The notes below the pieces were generated by a model. It worked only from the letters and a program-made list of their open reading frames with translations, searched no databases and had not been told where the DNA came from. 32,000 bases of DNA. It comes from an uncultured Acidobacteriota bacterium (GTDB lineage Bacteria > Acidobacteriota > Vicinamibacteria > Vicinamibacterales > UBA2999). The translations under genes were made by a program, and so were the position numbers. The DNA is taken from positions 65,997-97,996 of the forward strand of contig CAWBMG010000002.1 in NCBI GenBank assembly GCA_963789815.1, written 5' to 3'. Below, one piece after another: positions 25,648 to 32,000 of the stretch; position 1 is the first letter of the stretch; every line of letters starts with the position of its first letter.

Positions 25648-27574
25648 TTGCGGGCGTCGTCGCTAACCGTTCATCTTCGAGATCCTATTTTTCAGATAGA
25701 GCAGGCTGATTCTCTGGGCTCTGCAAAGTCGGCACGTCGCACGTCACGTCAACAGCGGTTTTCGCTCCGGCGATGGCCGTTGCCGACGGTCATCGTTCTT
25801 GCACAACTCGCGCTGGCGGGTTTCGCCTGGGCCGCAGACGATCACAAGCAAGTACTCGTTCTGCATTCGACGAGGCCAGATTCACAAGTCTCCACCATCG
25901 GTGAGGAGGAATTACCGCGAAGTCTCGAGGTCGGTCTGGGACAGGACCTGGACTACTACTCTGAATTCATCGACACGGCGAGGTTTCCGGACCTTACGTA
26001 CCGACAAGCCTTCGACGATTTCATTCGCCAGAAGTACCAGGGAACTCGATTCGACGTTGTCGTCGCGATGGGGGATGTCGCCCTCGAGTTCGTCGGCAAC
26101 AATCGCGACGACCTCTTCCGCGAAGTACCTGTCGTATTCCTGGCGAACAGTCAGACGGCTCAGGGAGTCGCGAACTCGACCGGCTTGATCGTCGAACGGA
26201 ACTTCAGCGCAACACTCTCGTTCATCGCAGAAGCTGCAGCCCGACGTGAGACACATCTTCGTAGTCAGCGGCGCCGCGGCTGCCGACAAGGCGTATGAGA
26301 GCCAGTTGCGCATCCAGTCCAAGTCGTTCGAAACTCGATTCACCTTCACATATCTGTCAGGCCTGGCGACTCCGGAACTCGAACGGCGGTTAGCAACGCT
26401 TCCCGAACGCTCGGCTGTCTACTACATGCTCGTCACACAGGATGGTGTGGGTAACAAATTCCACCCGTTGGAATACCTCGAGCGCGTCTCGGCCGCGGCC
26501 AGCGCCCCGACCTACTGCTGGGTGGATTCGGCCATGGAACGCGGCATCGTGGGTGGCAGCTTGTACAGCCAGCGAGAGGTTACTCGCCGCATCGCACAAC
26601 TCGCCCTCCGCGTGCTCCGCGGAGAGCGCGCGGACAGCATCCCCGTTTCCGCCCAGGATGTCACTGTCGATCAGGTCGACTGGCGTGAGCTTCGACGTTG
26701 GGGTCTCAGCGAAGCGCGTCTTCCTGCCCAAACGCTCGTAAGGTTTCGAGAACCCAGCATCTGGGACCGGTACAGGGTCTACTTTCTCGGTGGGACGGCG
26801 CTTTTCCTGGCGCAGTCGGCATTGATCGTGGGGCTCCTCCTGCAACGGGCGCGAAGACGACAAGCCGAGGAGCAGGTGCGTGACAGCCAGGCAGCGCTGC
26901 GTACAAGTTACGAGAGAATCCGCGACCTTGGCGGCCGGTTGTTGAACGCGCAGGAAGCCGAGCGCGCCCGTGTTGCGCGGGAGTTGCACGACGATATTAG
27001 CCAACAGATAGCGGGGCTCACACTCGCCGTGTCGCGGTTGGGCAGCGTCGTTCAAGGGCAAGCCAAGGGGCTGGCCGGAGACGTATTGCACCGCGCTGAT
27101 GACGTTGCCAGAAGCGTGCACGACCTGTCGCACCGTCTGCATCCGGCCAGATTGCGTCTGCTTGGTCTGGTGGGCGGCCTCGAGGGTCTTCGAGACGAAC
27201 TGTCACAGCCCGGCGTCGCCATCACCGTCACGCACGACAACATTCCACCGGTGCTCCCGCTCGAGCTGACGGTCTGTCTATTCCGAGTCGTCCAGGAAGC
27301 GCTGCAGAACGCCCTCAAGTACAGCAGGGCGCAGCACCTGTCGGTCGATCTGCGTGGCGGCCCGGACGGGCTCTCGCTGTGCATAGTGGATGATGGCGTG
27401 GGCTTCGACGTCGCCACAGCATGGGGCAAGGGGCTCGGTCTGATCAGCATGGTCGAGCGCCTCGAGGCGATCGACAGTACGCTCGAGATTCATTCCAGGC
27501 TCGGTGAGGGCACAAGCCTGGAAGTTACCGTGCCTCTCCGCGTTATCGAGGGCACCAGGACGGTTGCGGTCTGA
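25648..27574 (+). CDS. Sensor histidine kinase (HisKA_3/NarL-type) with N-terminal periplasmic binding-like domain, +1 frameshift near 26230..26233
   Basis: N-terminus AADDHKQVLVLHSTRPDSQVSTIGEEELPRSLEVGLGQ...VVFLANSQTA. After the shift it continues LQPDVRHIFVVSGAAAADKAYESQ..., a TM segment, ERARVARELHDDISQQIAGLTLAVSRLG (H box), VVQEALQNALKYSRAQHLSVDL, CIVDDGVGFDVATAWGKGLGLISMVERLEAI (HATPase). The exact start is uncertain. Confidence 0.85.
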
Positions 27575-27608
27575 CGCGGCTTGAACAGTGCTCCGCTCAC
27601 GACCAGAG

Positions 27609-30600
27609 TCACAACTCGAGTTCGGCGGTGATTCTAATGAACCGTGGCGTCAGGATCGTCAACGGTTGCAACCACGTGCCGCCGGGGACGAACGTGCTGT
27701 TATAGGTCAGTACGGCACTCGAGTTCAGTGCATTGTAGATGTCGAGCGCGAACAAGGTTCGTGAACGGCCGTACCTCAGGGTCTTGGCCACTCGCACGTC
27801 GAGCTGATTCAGACGGTCGCCATACATCGTCCCCGGTTCCACCAGGTTCACTGTCACGTTGGCCGCGTTGCCTGAGAGGTTCCTTCCGAGCGACGGCGCC
27901 ACAACCGAGTTCGGGGCCGCGTAGTTGGCCGCGAGCATAGCTCCGGGTTTACTCTGAAACGTCGCGGCGAGCTGGACGTCGATCTTAGGGACGACGTAGG
28001 AGGAGAGACCTCTGAACTGCGTCAGCACGCCGTATGCGGCATGGCAGTAGGGGCTCACGAGGGTCACGGCCGATGTGGCGAGACCGGCGCCGAACGCACT
28101 CGTCCCGGTGGTTGTTGTAGCGAGTTCCGGCAGGTGAGCACGGACGTCGCAGCTGTCGGCGACCGTCTGACCCGTGCTCGTGCCTCCCGCAAGAACGAAG
28201 TTTCGGCCAACCCTCATGTTGGCAGTCACGTCAATCCCGTTGAAGTAATGACTCCACGCTCCGTAACCTCTGGAGTCGGCGATCAGGTTGTCCACCTGTC
28301 CGGCCTTTTCGGGGACGACATCGTAGAGGCCCGACACGACGTAACCACCGCCTCCAGGCAAGCGAGGGTCAGTGGGGGCCACGAGGCTGAACAGGGTCAG
28401 ATCAGAGGGTTGAATCGCGAGGTTGTCGGCCACGAAAAAGGATTGATACCAGCGCCTGATGTACGTCGCGTCTATCGAAGAACGCGCTCCGACCTTCTGC
28501 TGAAGCGACACCGCCAGAGTCCAATCCGAGGGACGGACGCCCCAGCCCCGGAGGATGCCCGCGTCGAAGTTGTTGGTCACGATTTTCGTGCCGAAGCTCG
28601 TGTTCGACAGCACGCCGCAGAGATCGCCGCCACTGGCCAGGCGATCCTGTGCGGCGGGGTTCAGGAGATCGCAATCGGGCACGAAATTGCGGTTTGCGTC
28701 GGTCCAGGCCCGCGTGACACCTGCCGTGCCAAACACTGGAGTCGTCTGCGGCATCCGCAAGGTGGGATTCGTGTTGGCGTAGTTGCCTGACGCACCGGCG
28801 CCCTCGAGATACTTGCCGAGGGCCATTTTGATTGCCGTCTTACCCGTGCCGGACACGTCGTACGCCACACCCATCCTTGGCGTGATGTCTTTGTAGCTAT
28901 CGACGCCCCGTGTCTCAGGAATGACGATGGGCGTCGGCAAGAATCTCGACGGCCCTTCCTGCTGCGCGGGAAACCAACTCCAAGCCCGATCGAAGCGAAG
29001 CGCACCCTGCACGGTCAGGCGCTCGCGCGTCCATTGCTCCTGAGCGAACAGGCCATCCCACGCGACACGCGCATTGTTCACCCACGGCGAAATGGATTGC
29101 GTCAGCTGATTCGGCTCACCATTGTTGAAGCGGTACGTCAGGTTCTGGTCGTTCGTCATCCACGTCCGGTCGTCGGTCATCAGCGTGTGCTGATACCCGA
29201 CCTTCAGACTGTGCGTGCCCGTCACGTATGAGATCGCCCCCTTCCACAGGTATGAGCCGGTGTGCGCGACGCTGAAGTCCTGCGAGCGATAGACCAGGCC
29301 CGGGATGTTGCCGTTGGCCGCGCAAGCGCTCGCGCACTGCTCCGCGACGCGAACCAGGCCGCGGGTGGGATTCGGTTCGCGCTCGAAGTTGCCCACGCCA
29401 AAGAAGATGCCGCCGTAGCCGGCTTCAAGCAGCAGCTGGTTCGTGGCTGGAGAGGACCACGTTGCCTGCGACACATGGAGCGGACGGCCGAGGACGCCCA
29501 CCGCTTCCGGCGAGACTCGCGCAGGCTCTGAAAGCCCTGGCGTGGCGCCCGTGCACGTCCGGCACAAGGCCTGCGCGTCCCAGAATCCACCGACTCTGTT
29601 GCGCGGCGTCATCTGCCAGGTGACGCGTCCGCTGGCGTTCTCGAAAGTCCGGTCCGAGTATTCGCGCCGGTTGACGTCGGGCCTGTACAGCCAGCTGGAA
29701 GGATCGCCCGCGTTCAGGTTGTAGTAGACGTTGGCCACTTCCCGTGTGCTTCCGCCGGTATGGGCGTTGACGAAGTACCACGCGCGATCCTGCCGGATCG
29801 GACCGCCGAGGGTGCCCGAGACGTCGTAGTCTTTCGTGAGCGGAGTCGCCGCCGTCACACCTTGATCCTTCAATGCCTGTGTGAGATTGTCGGACTGCAG
29901 CCTGCCACCGGTGCCACTCGCGAAGAACGAGCCGCGGATCGCGTTCCCGCCGCTCTTGGGCACGATGTTCATCACCAGTCCGGCCGTTTCCATCTCGCCG
30001 AGCGCCCCGGAAGTCGTAAACGTGACCTCCTGCGCCTGGCCGATGTCGACGACGTAGCTCGTCGCCGAATTGCCGCTCGGCGGACTCCCGATATTCAACC
30101 CGTCCAGCGAGAGACGCCCCTCGTTCGCCCGGCCACCGTGAATGGGAAATGATGCCGTCGCGGTCGCGGTAACCGTATCGTTGAAGTTGGTCACGACGCC
30201 GGGGACGAGGGCGAGCAAGGCGTTGTAACTACGCACCGTGGGAATCGACCTGACAAGCTCCCCGCTCAGCGTCACCTCTCTCTTCGCGGTGTGGACGTCA
30301 ACCACGGTGACCTCAGCAGTGACGATGACCGTTTCTGCCAGGGGTCCAGTTGCGATCTCCGCGTTGACGGTGGCGGTCAACGAGCCACTGAGCTCAACGC
30401 CTTCCTGTTGGTGGACACTCAAACCCTGCCGCGAGAACTTCACCAGATAGGTGCCAGGCCGCAGGTTTTCGACACGGTATCGCCCGGTTTCGTCGGTAAC
30501 GGTCGCACGGAGTCTCTCGATGAGCTCTGGGCTGCTTGCCTCCACGACGACGCCGGCGATCGGAGCGCCAGACGAGTCCTTCACAGATCCGGCAATCGCT

Positions 30601-30662
30601 GCTTGAGCGAACGCGACCGCGGGGATGCTAGTCAGCCAAGTAACAATGAGGAGCGTCTTCAT
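27609..30662 (-). CDS. TonB-dependent receptor-like outer membrane protein with N-terminal carboxypeptidase-regulatory-like domain
   Basis: 1017 aa: signal peptide, IAGSVKDSSGAPIAGVVVEASSPELIERLRATVTDETGRYRVENLRPGTYLVKFSRQGL (CarboxypepD_reg), a plug-like region, and a C-terminal beta-strand ending LTILTPRFIRITAELEL. Confidence 0.92.
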   Translation of the reverse strand: MKTLLIVTWLTSIPAVAFAQAAIAGSVKDSSGAPIAGVVVEASSPELIERLRATVTDETGRYRVENLRPGTYLVKFSRQGLSVHQQEGVELSGSLTATVNAEIATGPLAETVIVTAEVTVVDVHTAKREVTLSGELVRSIPTVRSYNALLALVPGVVTNFNDTVTATATASFPIHGGRANEGRLSLDGLNIGSPPSGNSATSYVVDIGQAQEVTFTTSGALGEMETAGLVMNIVPKSGGNAIRGSFFASGTGGRLQSDNLTQALKDQGVTAATPLTKDYDVSGTLGGPIRQDRAWYFVNAHTGGSTREVANVYYNLNAGDPSSWLYRPDVNRREYSDRTFENASGRVTWQMTPRNRVGGFWDAQALCRTCTGATPGLSEPARVSPEAVGVLGRPLHVSQATWSSPATNQLLLEAGYGGIFFGVGNFEREPNPTRGLVRVAEQCASACAANGNIPGLVYRSQDFSVAHTGSYLWKGAISYVTGTHSLKVGYQHTLMTDDRTWMTNDQNLTYRFNNGEPNQLTQSISPWVNNARVAWDGLFAQEQWTRERLTVQGALRFDRAWSWFPAQQEGPSRFLPTPIVIPETRGVDSYKDITPRMGVAYDVSGTGKTAIKMALGKYLEGAGASGNYANTNPTLRMPQTTPVFGTAGVTRAWTDANRNFVPDCDLLNPAAQDRLASGGDLCGVLSNTSFGTKIVTNNFDAGILRGWGVRPSDWTLAVSLQQKVGARSSIDATYIRRWYQSFFVADNLAIQPSDLTLFSLVAPTDPRLPGGGGYVVSGLYDVVPEKAGQVDNLIADSRGYGAWSHYFNGIDVTANMRVGRNFVLAGGTSTGQTVADSCDVRAHLPELATTTTGTSAFGAGLATSAVTLVSPYCHAAYGVLTQFRGLSSYVVPKIDVQLAATFQSKPGAMLAANYAAPNSVVAPSLGRNLSGNAANVTVNLVEPGTMYGDRLNQLDVRVAKTLRYGRSRTLFALDIYNALNSSAVLTYNSTFVPGGTWLQPLTILTPRFIRITAELEL

Positions 30663-30922
30663 TCGTTCTGCCAGAGGTTCACCCGGCGAGGCGAACTGTG
30701 TACGGCATGAGCTCAGAACGTTCCGGGTGACTAGAGAAGAGGCACTTCCCCTAATCTAGCTTAGCTTGGTCCTCCGCTTTGCCCAGCTTGTGCCCCTCAG
30801 AGGAAAGGCGTAAGGTGTACGGTCAGTCACGCTTTTCTGAGCCTCCGGCCACTTCGCTGGGCGTTCTTCAGCCCTGGCCTCTGCCCTCATCAAGGCTCAT
30901 TTCCCAAAGAAATCAGGTTGAC

Positions 30923-31159
30923 ATGATCACATCCCTTCCCCGCTACGCACCACTTGCCGCACTGCTGGAGCAAGTCCGCGAACAATACCGAGAAATGCCG
31001 GGGCTCACGTTGACGAAGCCGCAGGCCATGCTGCTATTTGGGGTAGCACCCTCGGTGTGCGCCGCGATGCTCAGGGCGCTCGTAATGGAGAACTTTCTGT
31101 CCCGCGCCGGAGATGGCCTGTTTGTCCGATCGACTACGGCGCCGTGCCGGCCGGCCTGA
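30923..31159 (+). CDS. Small hypothetical protein, possibly winged-helix-like
   Basis: MITSLPRYAPLAALLEQVREQYREMPGLTLTKPQAMLLFGVAPSVCAAMLRALVMENFLSRAGDGLFVRSTTAPCRPA. The helix-turn-helix-like pattern with a final strand is suggestive only. Confidence 0.5.
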   Translation: MITSLPRYAPLAALLEQVREQYREMPGLTLTKPQAMLLFGVAPSVCAAMLRALVMENFLSRAGDGLFVRSTTAPCRPA

Positions 31160-31961
31160 CCACGATGGTCGCGCGGCGCCTGCCGACGTCGCCGATGCCG
31201 TCAGCCGCTTCCGGTTCCGACCTGATAGTGACGCTCAGCGCCGATGCGGGCACGCCGAGGCCCAGAAGGATCGTCTCGAGCTTCTTCGCCCGTCGCGCCA
31301 CGACAACTGGGCTCTCGCGTAGTGTCTCTCCGGTGGACAGCAGCGACGCACCGCGATAGGTCGTCACTTCCACGCGGGCCGCGCCCGTTTCTCTGACGTA
31401 ACGCAGTGCGTCATTCACGATCCGGGTGACACGTCCCGGCATGAAGTCGCTGTCGAAATCGAACGGAAGTGTGTACGTGCGCACGGCAAACGGCGGTGTC
31501 AGCGGCGCCGGCACAGCGGCGGGTGCGGGCGCCGCTCCTGGACGGACACTCGACGGGCCGGGACCACGCGGGGCGTGTGGCGCCTCGATGCCCTCCTCAG
31601 CCGGCAGCATCGTGTTGCACGAAGGCTCGAGCTCGGGCATCACGGACGTGACGACCGGTTTGAGAACAATGCCGCCGCATACCCGCGGCTCGTTCGAGAC
31701 TGTCCCCTCGACCAGCACCTTGTGCCCCAGTTGCGGAGGATACCAGGCAGCGCCGGTATCTTCCTGGATGCCCAGGAAGTAGAGCTCGCCTTCGAACTCC
31801 GCCAGGAAGCACGGCACCGTTTTCGTGTCGCGCACGACCGGACAGGCCAGGAAGTTGCGGCGATCGGCCGGCGGCTTCTGCTGCGCAAGCGCGGGAGCCG
31901 CAATCAACGTCGCGAGCGCGAATATGCCCTGGAGCCGATGGCGGCGTCGTGTTGGGTTCAT
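31134..31961 (-). CDS. Secreted protein with OmpA-like C-terminal domain
   Basis: Signal peptide MNPTRRRHRLQGIFALATLIAAPALAQ. C-terminus RVTRIVNDALRYVRETGAARVEVTTYRG...ARRAKKLETILLGLGVPASALSVTIRSEPE...GRRRATIVV matches the OmpA-like peptidoglycan-binding pattern. Confidence 0.6.
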   Translation of the reverse strand: MNPTRRRHRLQGIFALATLIAAPALAQQKPPADRRNFLACPVVRDTKTVPCFLAEFEGELYFLGIQEDTGAAWYPPQLGHKVLVEGTVSNEPRVCGGIVLKPVVTSVMPELEPSCNTMLPAEEGIEAPHAPRGPGPSSVRPGAAPAPAAVPAPLTPPFAVRTYTLPFDFDSDFMPGRVTRIVNDALRYVRETGAARVEVTTYRGASLLSTGETLRESPVVVARRAKKLETILLGLGVPASALSVTIRSEPEAADGIGDVGRRRATIVVRPAGTAP

Positions 31962-32000
31962 CACAGCACACTCAGGAAGTTGACGAGGTCCTGCTTTTCA
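31961..32000 (-). CDS. C-terminus of a gene continuing beyond the window, possibly c-type cytochrome-like
   Basis: Reverse frame reads ...EKQDLVNFLSVL* with stop at 31963..31961, overlapping the downstream ATG (TGATG). The product suggestion rests on 12 residues only. Confidence 0.3.
   Translation of the reverse strand, partial: EKQDLVNFLSVL

Noticed and set aside
28041-28790. 249-aa plus-strand ORF inside the TonB-dependent receptor gene
   Set aside because: Antisense to a strongly supported 1017-aa coding frame. No family features.
1-32000. Search by eye for tRNA/rRNA, CRISPR arrays, transposase/integrase genes and terminal inverted repeats
   Set aside because: None found. A tRNAscan-SE, Infernal/Rfam and ISfinder run would be needed to exclude small RNAs and decayed IS elements.

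Overview
The window looks like ordinary chromosomal DNA from a high-GC bacterium. The gene content resembles Acidobacteriota/Vicinamibacteria, but that is an inference from gene families only. On the minus strand at the left there is a DUF1501 + PSD1/DUF1549/DUF1553 pair, a tandem-DoxX protein and a DUF6644-like membrane protein. On the plus strand there is a DUF6152-like protein, a secreted protein of unknown function, a second DUF6644-like protein, a Gfo/Idh/MocA oxidoreductase and an MFS transporter. Further right are a SAP-domain protein, a methyltransferase, a branched-chain aminotransferase, a SpoIIE-type phosphatase, a class-III aminotransferase with a long C-terminal extension, a phytase/esterase-like secreted protein, a CoA-acylating-type aldehyde dehydrogenase, a BON-domain remnant, a decayed winged-helix/AAA regulator, an AAA+ ATPase with a C-terminal membrane segment, an FAD monooxygenase, a carboxymuconolactone-decarboxylase-family protein, a sensor histidine kinase and a TonB-dependent receptor-like protein. 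No tRNA, rRNA, CRISPR or clear mobile element was seen. No convincing new multigene defence or biosynthetic system was found. The most interesting signal is a Val/Leu-rich micro-ORF (12645..12719) followed by mutually exclusive hairpin arms directly upstream of the branched-chain aminotransferase, which looks like a leader/attenuator. Other notable signals are a point where two divergent genes are both 5'-truncated (~20.4 kb), at least five coding-frame breaks between 10 and 26 kb, a duplicated gene-fragment remnant (13.7 kb against 25.4 kb), and candidate operators at 4720 and 6546.
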